Source of the DNA: Candidatus Methylomirabilia bacterium
GTDB lineage: Bacteria > Methylomirabilota > Methylomirabilia > Rokubacteriales > CSP1-6
DNA length: 32,628 nt
Assembly: GCA_041492755.1 (NCBI GenBank)
Contig: JBGPXN010000038.1
Span: 1-32,628 of the forward strand
Direction of reading: 5' to 3'
Below are positions 8,642 through 17,494 of this stretch, piece by piece. A program made the translations under genes and the position numbers. Each line of letters begins with the position of its first letter. The first letter of the stretch is position 1. The notes under the pieces were generated by a model, which had not been told where the DNA came from, made no database searches, and saw nothing but the letters and a program-made list of their open reading frames with translations.

Positions 8642-9661
8642 ATGTCACGGTTGAACACTCGGGTGCTCTTGAAGTCGCGTCCCACGGGCATGCCGCACGT
8701 CTCGGATTTCGAGATCGTTCAATCGCCGCTGGCCGCGCCGGGACCGGGCGAGGTGCTGGCGCGGACGATTTACCTCTCGCTGGATCCGTATATGCGCGGC
8801 CGCATGAACGAGGGACGGTCATACGCGAATCCCGCCGACCTCGGCCAGGTGATGGTCGGCGGCACCGTGAGCGAGATCGTCGAGTCGAATCACCCCGGCT
8901 TCGCGCGGGGCGATTTCGTCGTCGGCTACGACGGCTGGCAGTCGTCCGCGGTCTCCACCGGTGCCGGCATGCGCAAGCTGGATCCGCGCCAGGCGCCGAT
9001 CTCGACGGCGCTCGGCGTCCTTGGGATGCCGGGCATGACCGCGTACGTCGGGTTGCTCGACATCGGCCAGCCCCGCGCCGGAGAAACCGTGGTCGTCTCG
9101 GCGGCCGCGGGCGCGGTCGGGTCCGCCGTCGGCCAGATCGCCAAGATCAAGGGATGTCGCGTGGTCGGCGTCGCCGGCGGGCAAGCCAAGTGTGACCACG
9201 TCGTGCGCGATCTCGGCTTCGACGCCGGCGTGAGCTACCGCACGGACGACCTGTTCGGTGCGCTTCGCGCCGCCTGCCCGCAGGGCATCGACGTCTACTT
9301 CGAGAACGTGGGTGGCGTCGTGCTGGACGCCGTGCTCCGGCTGATCAATCAGGGCGCGCGCATCCCCCTGTGCGGGCTGATCTCGCAGTACAACGCGACG
9401 GAGACGACGCCCGGGCCGAACATCCGCCCGCTGCTCTTCAACCGCGCGTTCATCAAAGGCTTCATCGTGTCCGACCACATGGATCGCGCCGCGGACTTTC
9501 TGCGCGACTGCAGCCAGTGGGTCCGCGACGGGCGTCTGAAGTATCGGGAGGACATCGTCAAGGGCCTGGAGAATGGTCCGGCGGCCTTCATCGGACTCTT
9601 CGACGGCCGCAACCTCGGCAAGCTCCTGGTTCAGGTCGGCCACGACCCCACGCGCGATTGA
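8642..9661 (+). CDS. NADP-dependent oxidoreductase, MDR family (prostaglandin reductase/CurA-like)
   Basis: YLSLDPYMRGRM, LGVLGMPGMTAY, AAAGAVGS, YFENVGG, NLGKLLV. Confidence 0.93.
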   Translation: MSRLNTRVLLKSRPTGMPHVSDFEIVQSPLAAPGPGEVLARTIYLSLDPYMRGRMNEGRSYANPADLGQVMVGGTVSEIVESNHPGFARGDFVVGYDGWQSSAVSTGAGMRKLDPRQAPISTALGVLGMPGMTAYVGLLDIGQPRAGETVVVSAAAGAVGSAVGQIAKIKGCRVVGVAGGQAKCDHVVRDLGFDAGVSYRTDDLFGALRAACPQGIDVYFENVGGVVLDAVLRLINQGARIPLCGLISQYNATETTPGPNIRPLLFNRAFIKGFIVSDHMDRAADFLRDCSQWVRDGRLKYREDIVKGLENGPAAFIGLFDGRNLGKLLVQVGHDPTRD

Positions 9662-9725
9662 CGCGGTGCTTCGGGGGCGCCGCGCCGCGAGGACCACGCG
9701 TTCGCGGGCGCTGAGCATCGCGTCT

Positions 9726-9875
9726 GCGGGCGCGGGGGGTGTGGCGGGGTCGCTTCACCACGAGGGTTGTGTGCGCGTTGCCCGTTGTGGCTGGGCTCCA
9801 TCTGGCACTGTGCGTCCGCATTGCAGTCGCTGGGAAACGGGTTCGGCGACCCCGCCACCCCCCCCCCGCGCCCGC
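9726..9875. repeat. Long inverted repeat (about 28-30 bp arms, 92 bp spacer), REPIN-like
   Basis: 9726-9753 GCGGGCGCGGGGGGTGTGGCGGGGTCGC vs 9846-9875 GCGACCCCGCCACCCCCCCCCCGCGCCCGC. Confidence 0.75.
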
Positions 9876-10100
9876 GGCGCTTGCTTGTGCCACGGCCGTT
9901 GTTCGGAAGCGATCGCGTGCATGCCTGCGCCCGCGGTCGACGTCGCCACATGCTTGAATTTTTCCCTTCCATCGTGAACGATCCCGCGCATATCTCATGC
10001 TTCTCATGAACGGGCGCGTCTACACGCTCAGGAGTTGATCCGGGCCGTCCAGGGGGCGGCGCCACCGGCGGCGGCGGTGCGGGATGCGATCGACGAATGG

Positions 10101-10262
10101 TCACTGGAGGCGGGCAAGCGCGCGGATCTGGTGCTACTGTCGGGCGACGTGTTCGCGTGTCGTGAGGACGGCATCAAGGACGTGGCGCCGGTGTTGACGA
10201 TGGTCGGTGGCGAGGTGGTGTTCCAGCGTGCAGGGCGGCGCGAGGAGACGGAGAGATCATGA
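10101..10262 (+). pseudogene. C-terminal remnant of amidohydrolase-3 (YtcJ-like) gene
   Basis: SLEAGKRADLVLLSGD...VLTMVGGEVVF is the canonical C-terminal beta-domain; nothing homologous upstream. Confidence 0.7.
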
Positions 10263-11296
10263 TCCAGCGGATCGGCATCATTGGGGCGGGGGCGATCGGG
10301 TGCGTGGTGGGCGGCATGCTGACGCGGGCCGGACGGGACGTGACCCTGATCGACCAGTGGCCCGAGCACGTGGAGACAATGCGGAAGAACGGCCTGAAGC
10401 TGAGCGGCACGTGCGGCGAGCACGTCGTCCCCGTCAAGGCGATCCACATCCACGAGCTGCAGTCGGTGACGCAGCCGTTCGACGCCGTGTTCGTGTCGGT
10501 GAAGTCCTACGACACCGAGTGGGCCACCGCGCTGGCGGTGTCCTATCTCACGCCCAGCGGGGTGGTGGTGGACTTCCAGAACGGGCTCAACGACGAGCGG
10601 GTGGCCGCGGTGGCCGGCAAGCACCGCACGCTCGGATGCGTGATCACCATTGGCGCCGGGATGTACGAGCCCGGCCACGCGATACGGACGGACACCGCCA
10701 CCGTCGGCTTCAAGATCGGCGAGCACGACGGCAAGGACACGCCGCGGGCCCGCGAGCTGGCGGAGCTGATGAGCGCGGTGGCGGAGTCGCACGTGACGAC
10801 CAATCTTTTCGGTGAGCGGTGGTCGAAGCTCGCCGTCAACTGCATGGCGAACCCGCTCGCCGGGCTCACCGGGCTCGGCTCGGCCGAGGTCCGCATCGAC
10901 CCGAAAGTCTCGGCGGTCGGTGTTCACCTCGGCGCCGAGTGCATCATGGTCGGTCGTGGCGTGGGCCACGAGGTCGAACCCATTTACGGCATCCCCACCC
11001 AGCGATTCGTCGACGCCTACAACGGCAAAGGACTCAAGGAGCTCCTGGCCGACATCGCCGACATGGCGCGCCGCCGCGGCGGTGGCCGGCCCTCGCTGCT
11101 CCAGGACGTCATGCGGGGCCGCCGGACCGAGATCGACTACCTGAACGGCATCGTGTGCGAGCACGGCCGAAAGGTCGGGATCAAGACGCCGTACAACGAG
11201 GCCGTGGTCGGCGTCGTGCGAGGGCTCGGCATCGGCTTCAAGCCCGACCCGCACCACCTCGACCCGGTGATCGCGATGCTGCCGAAGTCGGTCTAA
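10259..11296 (+). CDS. panE: Ketopantoate reductase (2-dehydropantoate 2-reductase) family protein
   Basis: GAGAIG, VKSYDT, QNG, WSKLAVN, SLLQD, RTEIDYLNG. Confidence 0.85.
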   Translation: MIQRIGIIGAGAIGCVVGGMLTRAGRDVTLIDQWPEHVETMRKNGLKLSGTCGEHVVPVKAIHIHELQSVTQPFDAVFVSVKSYDTEWATALAVSYLTPSGVVVDFQNGLNDERVAAVAGKHRTLGCVITIGAGMYEPGHAIRTDTATVGFKIGEHDGKDTPRARELAELMSAVAESHVTTNLFGERWSKLAVNCMANPLAGLTGLGSAEVRIDPKVSAVGVHLGAECIMVGRGVGHEVEPIYGIPTQRFVDAYNGKGLKELLADIADMARRRGGGRPSLLQDVMRGRRTEIDYLNGIVCEHGRKVGIKTPYNEAVVGVVRGLGIGFKPDPHHLDPVIAMLPKSV

Positions 11297-11339
11297 GCTC
11301 GTCGGTTACGACACGACGCCCGAAGGGGCTGGTATCGAG

Positions 11340-11624
11340 GTGAACCACGCCCATGCCGCGGATGTGCTGCCGTTGCTGCGATCGCTGCCCATTCGACGAA
11401 CCTGGGCCGGGCTCATGCCCTTCTCGCTCGATGGGATGCCGATCATCGGCCGCATCCCCGGCCGCGAGAACTGCTACGTCGTCACCGGCCTGGCCTCGTC
11501 GGGTTTCGGACGGGGGCCGATGGCGGGGAAGCTCCTCGCGGACTTCATCCACGGCGGACACCGGCCGGATGTCCTTGCCGCAGCGGACCCGGCCCGGTGC
11601 GTGACGCTCAGCGAGGGCCACTGA
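11340..11624 (+). pseudogene. C-terminal remnant of FAD-dependent oxidoreductase (DAO family)
   Basis: RTWAGLMPFSLDGMPIIG...TGLASSGFGRGPMAG; lacks the N-terminal GxGxxG FAD-binding part. Confidence 0.7.
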
Positions 11625-11638
11625 CCCGAGCCGGGATC

Positions 11639-11749
11639 GCCGAGCCCGGCCTCCGCCACGCGCGGGCCCACGCCGTTCAGGAAGGCCGACTCGAAGAGTG
11701 GCGTGTAGACCACGGGCTCGTGGATGAGCTGCTGAATGCGATGGAGCGC
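11639..11749 (-). pseudogene. Remnant of the C-terminus of a peptide/nickel-type ABC substrate-binding protein
   Basis: ALHRIQQLIHEPVVYTPLFESAFLNGVGPRVAEAGLG resembles the family-5 SBP C-terminus. Confidence 0.5.
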
Positions 11750-11779
11750 AGGACTGTCAACGCGCGGACGGCTGACGTG

Positions 11780-11795
11780 TGGCACGCTGCCTGCT
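11780..11795 (+). promoter_or_regulatory. Putative sigma54 (-24/-12) promoter
   Basis: TGGCACGCTGCCTGCT: GG-N10-GC, close to consensus TGGCACG-N4-TTGCW; about 110 bp upstream of ORF 11907. Confidence 0.55.
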
Positions 11796-11906
11796 AACTC
11801 CTCCCGACTGGTATCGCAAACTCGCGCCCCGGGGCATCTGGACAGACCCAAGGGCGGCGCGTTCGACCAGCGGGCGGCACAATTTGCCGCCCTGAAAGGG
11901 AGGCCA

Positions 11907-12218
11907 ATGCCTCTTCCCGTGATCGCATCGTTTCTTCTCTCGGCGGCGGGGTCGGTGCTGGGCAAGGCGCTTTGGCAGGCATGGCAGAACCGCGATGGCG
12001 GTACGACGGCGGCGGCAAGCCGCGCGGAAGCCGGCGCCGCGCCATTCGCGAACGTACTCAAGGAGCAGAACCAGCGCTACGCGCAGGCGCCCGGCCTGAC
12101 GGCGACCGACCTTCCGGCGGCCGGCGCTCCGCTGCCCGTCGCCGCGGCCAACTTCGCGAGTGTCACCGCGCGGGCGGGGAGTTCCGTGTTCAAGCTGAAC
12201 GACATCCAGACGGGGTAG
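11907..12218 (+). CDS. Hypothetical protein (103 aa)
   Basis: RBS GGGAGG then ATG; hydrophobic/amphipathic N-terminus MPLPVIASFLLSAAGSVLGKALWQ. Confidence 0.6.
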   Translation: MPLPVIASFLLSAAGSVLGKALWQAWQNRDGGTTAAASRAEAGAAPFANVLKEQNQRYAQAPGLTATDLPAAGAPLPVAAANFASVTARAGSSVFKLNDIQTG

Positions 12219-12247
12219 GCGTTCGATCCGCTCACGGATCTTCTGGC

Positions 12248-12592
12248 TCAGCGACATTCCGCGGTCAGCACGGCGAAAACGATGTCGGGCATTTCCTTGC
12301 TGACGAGACCCGGGTTGTCGCGCACGTATCGCTCCACCGCCTCGACGATCTTGGCGTAGGGCAGGAGCCGGTCGCGCAGGCAGGTCATGACGCCGGCAAA
12401 CACCGTGATACCGCGGTCACGCGCGCCCAGTGATTCCTGGACCTCGACGACGTTGCTCCACGCATCGATGAGCCCCGTCACGTAGGCGTCCCGCGACGCC
12501 GGAGGCAGCCGACGCCATTCGTCGCCGGTGAGCGCCGCCGCCGGGCTCGCGGCGAGCAGCAGCGCAAGCGCGATCGCCGGCAGCCGTCGCAC
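12248..12592 (-). CDS. Small exported protein, possibly Rap1a/Tai-like
   Basis: Signal peptide ending AAA-L; TG-x-W...YVTGLID...C...V-x-RYV-x-x-NP...L...C pattern. Confidence 0.55.
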   Translation of the reverse strand: MRRLPAIALALLLAASPAAALTGDEWRRLPPASRDAYVTGLIDAWSNVVEVQESLGARDRGITVFAGVMTCLRDRLLPYAKIVEAVERYVRDNPGLVSKEMPDIVFAVLTAECR

Positions 12593-12602
12593 CGCCGCCC
12601 GA

Positions 12603-12749
12603 TCAGGCGACGTGAGGGAGGACCTGCTCGCCGAGCAGTCGGATGGTGCGCAGGACGCGCGTCTGGTCCATCCCTGGCCACTGCACGCGCACGATCAGCG
12701 ACGTGATGCCGAGCCGCTCGCGGTAGCGGGTGATCTGGCCCAGGTCCAT
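12603..12749 (-). pseudogene. C-terminal remnant of LLM-class flavin-dependent oxidoreductase
   Basis: QITRYRERLGITSLIVRVQWPGMDQTRVLRTIRLLGEQVLPHVA*, typical luciferase-like C-terminus. Confidence 0.65.
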
Positions 12750-14332
12750 CAGTTGATGCGCTTCGCGCGCCCCTTCCACTCCTTGTCGCGCAGCACGAAC
12801 TTCTGGATCTTGCCGGTCGACGTCTTCGGCAGATCGCCGAACTCCACCCCGGCCGGGCACTTGAAGTGGGCGATGTGCTGGCGGCAGAACTCGATGATCT
12901 CGGCCTCGGTGGCCCGGGCCCCGGGCTTGAGCGTGACGAACGCCTTCGGACGCTCGCCCCACGTGTCGTCGGGGATGGCGACGACGGCGCACTCCATCAC
13001 CGCCGGGTGCTTGGCCACGGCCTGCTCGACTTCGATGGTCGAGATGTTCTCGCCGCCCGAGATGATGATGTCCTTCTTCCGATCGCGAAGCTCGATGTAG
13101 CCGTCGGGGTGCCACACCGCGATGTCCCCGGAATGGAACCAGCCGCCGCGGAACGCCTCGGTCGTCGCCTCCGGCTGCTCGAAGTACCCCTTCATGACGT
13201 TGTTGCCGCGCATGATCACTTCGCCGAGCGTCTCGCCGTCCCGCGCGACGTCGTTCATGTGCTCGTCGACCACGCGGACGAGGTCGAAGACGACGTAGCC
13301 CTGCCCCTGACGCGCCGCCAGTCGCGAACGGTCCTCGGCCGGGAGCGCGTCCCATTCCTTGTGCCAGGCACACACGGTGTGCGGGCCGTAGGTCTCGGTC
13401 AGCCCGTAGACGTGCACGGGTCGCAGGTTGAGCTCCTGGAGCTTGCCGAGCAGCGTGGGCGACGGGGGCGCGCCCGCGACGGTGACGGTGACTGGCCGGG
13501 CGAGACGATGCGCCCTCGGGGAATTGACGACACCGATCTGCACCGTGGGCGCGCCGTTGTAGTGGGTGACGCCCTGGGTGTCGAGGGCCTCCCAGATCTT
13601 CTCGGGATCGACCTTGCGCAGGCAGACGTGGGTGCCGCCCATCGCCGTGACGCCCCACGTGAAGCACCAGCCGTTGCAGTGGAACATGGGCAGCGTCCAG
13701 AGATAGACGGCGTCGAACGTCATCCCGGTCTCGAGCACTTCGCCGATCGCGTTGAGATACGCGCCCCGGTACGTGTACATGACGCCCTTGGGCCGGCCCG
13801 TGGTGCCCGAGGTGTAGTTGATGGAGAGCATTTCCTCTTCGTCTTCGAGCCAGCTCGCGACCGGCTCCGGCGCCCCCGTCTTCAGGAACTCTTCGTACGG
13901 ATCGCCCGCGCTGCCGGTGTCGTCGACGCGGACCACCCGGAGGGCGGAGAGGTCGAGCGGCTTGACGATCGGCTCCAGCTCCGCGTCCACGAACAGGAAG
14001 CGCGTGCCGGAGTGCTTCAGGATGTAGCCGATCTCGTCGGAGCTGAGCCGGATGTTGATGGCCACGAGCACGCCGCCCGCGGCCGGCACCCCGTAGTGCG
14101 CCTCCAGCATGGGAGGGATATTGGGGCACAGGAAGCCGACCCGGTCGTGCTTCTGCAGCCCGGCCCGGCGTAGCGCCGAGGCCAGGCGGTTCACGCGCTC
14201 CTGGAGCTGGCGGTAGGTATACCGCCGGCCCCCGTGAACGACGGCGACCTTGTCCGGGAACACGTAGGCGCTCCGCGTGAGAAAGTCGACCGGGTTGAGC
14301 TCCGTCCGATTCACCTCGAGGGGCTGGGCCAT
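12749..14332 (-). CDS. Acyl-CoA synthetase / AMP-binding (ANL) enzyme
   Basis: YTSGTTGRPKG, YGLTE, GWFHSGD, DRKKDIIISGGENI, PKTSTGKIQK; RBS GGAGG. Confidence 0.95.
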   Translation of the reverse strand: MAQPLEVNRTELNPVDFLTRSAYVFPDKVAVVHGGRRYTYRQLQERVNRLASALRRAGLQKHDRVGFLCPNIPPMLEAHYGVPAAGGVLVAINIRLSSDEIGYILKHSGTRFLFVDAELEPIVKPLDLSALRVVRVDDTGSAGDPYEEFLKTGAPEPVASWLEDEEEMLSINYTSGTTGRPKGVMYTYRGAYLNAIGEVLETGMTFDAVYLWTLPMFHCNGWCFTWGVTAMGGTHVCLRKVDPEKIWEALDTQGVTHYNGAPTVQIGVVNSPRAHRLARPVTVTVAGAPPSPTLLGKLQELNLRPVHVYGLTETYGPHTVCAWHKEWDALPAEDRSRLAARQGQGYVVFDLVRVVDEHMNDVARDGETLGEVIMRGNNVMKGYFEQPEATTEAFRGGWFHSGDIAVWHPDGYIELRDRKKDIIISGGENISTIEVEQAVAKHPAVMECAVVAIPDDTWGERPKAFVTLKPGARATEAEIIEFCRQHIAHFKCPAGVEFGDLPKTSTGKIQKFVLRDKEWKGRAKRIN

Positions 14333-14669
14333 GCTTCGTCCTCCGGCCGGTAAGGGTACCGAATTCTCCCCGCGTTGGGGAGTCGCGGTCGTCGCCGCCG
14401 GCGCGATCTGCTTCACGCCGGCCGGCGGCGGTAGATCGTGATCCACAACGGGGATTTCGGCGTGTGGTCGCGCGCGCGATCGTCCCAGTACGTCCACTGT
14501 TACACACGGGTCATCGTTCCACGGCAGCGTTTTCGCGCAGCTCGACGCAATCGGCGAGGTGACCTTCGGTGACGCCGGCCATCGCCATCCGGGACGCGAA
14601 GGCGGGGTGATGGCGCTGCCGTCTGGCATACTAGCCGCGGCGGTGATCCTGGCGGCAAGGGGGAATTGG

Positions 14670-14957
14670 ATGAGACTTGCGGCATGGATGGGCGTCGTCC
14701 TGGTGGCGGGGCTACTGACGGGGTGCGCGGCGTCGATGGACGTGTCCGGCCGGGAGTGGGCCAAGCCGAACACCGGGCCGTCGCAGGTCACGTGGGACGA
14801 GTACCAGTGTGTGTGGGAGGCGGACGGGTTCACGCGCACGCCCGACCTGATCGTGGGCGGGTTGGTGGATCTCGGCCGCTACACGATCGAGGAGCGGCGG
14901 CGCGAGGGCGGCTTCACGCAGTGCATGACGTCGCGGGGATACAAGCGCGTCTCGTAG
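14670..14957 (+). CDS. Hypothetical lipoprotein
   Basis: Lipobox LLTGC; two further Cys (YQC, QCMTSRGY). Confidence 0.75.
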   Translation: MRLAAWMGVVLVAGLLTGCAASMDVSGREWAKPNTGPSQVTWDEYQCVWEADGFTRTPDLIVGGLVDLGRYTIEERRREGGFTQCMTSRGYKRVS

Positions 14958-15212
14958 GCGTGAGTTCGAGGCGCGCCACGGGTTGCCCGGGTCGCTCCGG
15001 TTTCTAGTCCCGAATTTTCTTCAGTACCAACCGGGCCGGCGAGTCGGGGAACGGCCAGCCTGGGACCAGGACCGTGAACGGTCCCGCGGTCCCGCCAGGA
15101 AGTCACGCCCGCGGGCCTCGACGCGCTCCTGCGAGGCCGTGGCCGCGCGCGGCCGGGCCGCTGACGATGGTATCCGATTCGCGGCATTGACGGCGGCGGC
15201 AAAGGACGGCGA

Positions 15213-15797
15213 ATGATGGAGCACGAGGACAGCATGGCGGTCGCGCTGAGACGCCGACGCTTCACGCTCGACGAGTACCACCGCATGGGCGAGGCCGGCA
15301 TCCTCGGCGAGGACGACCGCGTCGAGCTCATCGAGGGCGAGATCGTCGAGATGACGCCGATCGGCAGCCGCCACGCCGCCACGGTGGCGCGCATCCACCA
15401 TTTCTTGTCCACGCGACTCCGGGAGCGTGCCGTCGTCTGGAGCCAGAATCCGTTGCTGCTCGTTGCCCGGACCTCGGAGCCCCTGCCCGACGTGATGTTG
15501 CTCGCGCCGCGGCTGGACTTTTACTCCGCCGCGCTTCCCGTTCCGGCGGACGTGCGCCTGCTCGTGGAGGTTGCCGATTCATCACTGGTCTACGATCGGC
15601 GGACCAAGCTGCCCCTCTACGCGCGAACCGGGGTGGCGGAGGCGTGGCTGGTCGACCTCGAGGCGGGGGCGGTCGCGCTGCACCGCGATCCGACCGCCGA
15701 GGGTTACCGCACGGTGACGCGGCCCGGGGCCACTGACCGTTTCACGGCGGTCGCGTTTCCCGACGTGGCGATTACTCTCCGCGACCTCCTCGGCTGA
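15213..15797 (+). CDS. Uma2 family endonuclease (PD-(D/E)xK)
   Basis: FTLDEYHRM, VELIEGEIVEM, EPLPD, LLVEVADSS...DR...K...YA...G...WLVD. Confidence 0.92.
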   Translation: MMEHEDSMAVALRRRRFTLDEYHRMGEAGILGEDDRVELIEGEIVEMTPIGSRHAATVARIHHFLSTRLRERAVVWSQNPLLLVARTSEPLPDVMLLAPRLDFYSAALPVPADVRLLVEVADSSLVYDRRTKLPLYARTGVAEAWLVDLEAGAVALHRDPTAEGYRTVTRPGATDRFTAVAFPDVAITLRDLLG

Positions 15798-15831
15798 CGC
15801 GGTCTCCGGAGCCACGCTTCTTTCCCAGGCC

Positions 15832-16674
15832 ATGAACATCGTCGCTCCCGGCCTCCCGCTCCGCCGGTTCTCGGTCCGCGACTACCACAGAATGCGCGAC
15901 ACGGGGGTGCTCGCGCCCCAGGCCGGGGTCGAGCTGCTCGACGGCGCCGTCGCGGACAAGCACGAACCGAGCGCGCGCGAAGTCGCGGTGATTCGAAAGA
16001 TCGCCGAGCGCCTGGCCGATACGCTGAGTGCAACCGTGCGCGCGGCCGAGCCGGTCCACCCGGAGGCATACGCTGTCTTCGATCCGACGCTGATGGTCCA
16101 TGACTGGGAGGCGCACCCGCTCACGGAGCCGTGTCGGTTGCACCGATTCAGTGCCGTCGAGTACCAGCGTCTGTGGGACGTCGGCATCCTCGGTGCGGCG
16201 GAGCGATGCGCGCTGCTCGACGGGATCGTCCTCGAAGTGCGCCGGCATGGACAGGACGTGCAGCCGCACGTCGAGCGCATCGCCGGACTCCTGGGCGATC
16301 AGATCCCGCACGCGATCGTGCGGGTCGGCGAGCCACTGAGGCTCGGGCCATATTCGCTGGTCAGTCCCGACCTCGCCGTTTGCCGCCGCCGCGCCGACGG
16401 CGCCGCGGCCGATGTCCCGACCGGCCCGGACGCGGCGGTTGTCGTCGACGTCTCCCGCGACTTGGTGGATGAGCGGTGGCGGCTCGACTGGCCGGTGTAT
16501 GCGCGCTGGGGAATTCCGCTCGCCTGGCTCGTCGACGTCATCCGGGGCGAAGTCCGCATCGCGCGAGAGCCCGGGAGCAACGGCTACGGCCGTGTCGAGG
16601 CGTATCGCCGGCACGACGTGCTCGTGCCACCGGCCGCGTTCAGCAGGGTCGCCGTCGGCGACATCCTCGGCTGA
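15832..16674 (+). CDS. Uma2 family protein with duplicated N-terminal module, degenerate catalytic motif
   Basis: Two RF-S-x-x-(D/E)Y...G-x-L...LLDG modules; SPD present; VDVS instead of VEV(A/S); conserved K before xxYA absent. Confidence 0.75.
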   Translation: MNIVAPGLPLRRFSVRDYHRMRDTGVLAPQAGVELLDGAVADKHEPSAREVAVIRKIAERLADTLSATVRAAEPVHPEAYAVFDPTLMVHDWEAHPLTEPCRLHRFSAVEYQRLWDVGILGAAERCALLDGIVLEVRRHGQDVQPHVERIAGLLGDQIPHAIVRVGEPLRLGPYSLVSPDLAVCRRRADGAAADVPTGPDAAVVVDVSRDLVDERWRLDWPVYARWGIPLAWLVDVIRGEVRIAREPGSNGYGRVEAYRRHDVLVPPAAFSRVAVGDILG

Positions 16675-16714
16675 CGGTCGGGCCCATGACGTCACGACGC
16701 GAGGGAGACCAAGA

Positions 16715-17362
16715 ATGCTGGTGAGCATGTGGATGACTCGCGACGTCATCGTCATCCTTCCCACGACTCCGATCGCCGACGCGGCCGTCGAGATGGGGCG
16801 CCGCCGCGTGCGGCGGTTGGTGGTCGGCGAAGCGGGCGCCAAAGGCCCGCGTCTCCGCGGCATCGTGTCGGCTCGGGACGTGGCGCGCGCCTATCCTCCG
16901 GACGTGAACCCGCTCTCCGCGGTGGCCGGTGAGCGCGGGCCTCGCCAACCGGTCTCGACCATCATGGCCCGTCAGGTCAAGACGATCGCGCCGGACGCCC
17001 CGCTGGAGGATGCGGCGCGGATGCTCGTCGAGCACAAGATCGGCGCGGTGCCGGTGGTCGGCGACGGCGTGGTCGTCGGCATCATCACCGAGTCCGACAT
17101 CTTCCGCGCGTTCGTCGAGGCCATCGGCGGCGGCGGGCGCGGAGTCAGGGTCACCTTCGACATCTCGGCGACCGACGACGTCGTGAGCCTTCTCGCCGAG
17201 GTGGGCCCGCGTCATGCGATGCGGGTGGCCAGCCTGTTCACGCTCGAGCACGACGGGGTGCGGCTGGGCGTGGTCCGGATGGCGGGCCCGGGGAGCGACG
17301 CCTTCATCGACGACCTGCGGCGCTCCGGCCACCGCGTGCTGAGCGTGTCACGAATCGGCTAA
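16715..17362 (+). CDS. CBS-pair plus ACT-like domain protein (AcuB-like)
   Basis: MLVSMWMTRDV, HKIGAVPVV, GIITESDIFRAF, C-terminal GVRVTF...G.RVLSV; RBS GGAG. Confidence 0.85.
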   Translation: MLVSMWMTRDVIVILPTTPIADAAVEMGRRRVRRLVVGEAGAKGPRLRGIVSARDVARAYPPDVNPLSAVAGERGPRQPVSTIMARQVKTIAPDAPLEDAARMLVEHKIGAVPVVGDGVVVGIITESDIFRAFVEAIGGGGRGVRVTFDISATDDVVSLLAEVGPRHAMRVASLFTLEHDGVRLGVVRMAGPGSDAFIDDLRRSGHRVLSVSRIG

Positions 17363-17424
17363 AAGGCTGTCGCGGTATCGCGCAACGCCACGGCTTCCCG
17401 GGGACGCTGCGAGCGTTGCGACGT

Positions 17425-17494
17425 CGAGGAGCGCCCCGGGTCCCCCGGGGCCGAGCGCCGCAGGGGTATGGGGGGCCATATCGGGGCCCCCCAT
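17425..17494 (-). repeat. Palindromic REP/MITE-like element, copy 1
   Basis: Reverse complement ATGGGGGGCCCCGATATGGCCCCCCATACCCC...GCGCTCGG...CCCCGGGG.ACCCGGGGCGCTCCTCG matches 24977-25050. Confidence 0.85.

Noticed and set aside
11810..11900. Possible c-di-GMP-I riboswitch (GCAAAC...CAGCGGG)
   Set aside because: The GNRA tetraloop stem and GACGCAAA junction are not recognisable
14624..14638. TGGCATACTAGCCGC as a sigma54 promoter
   Set aside because: Poor -12 element; CATACT is equally explained as a -10 box
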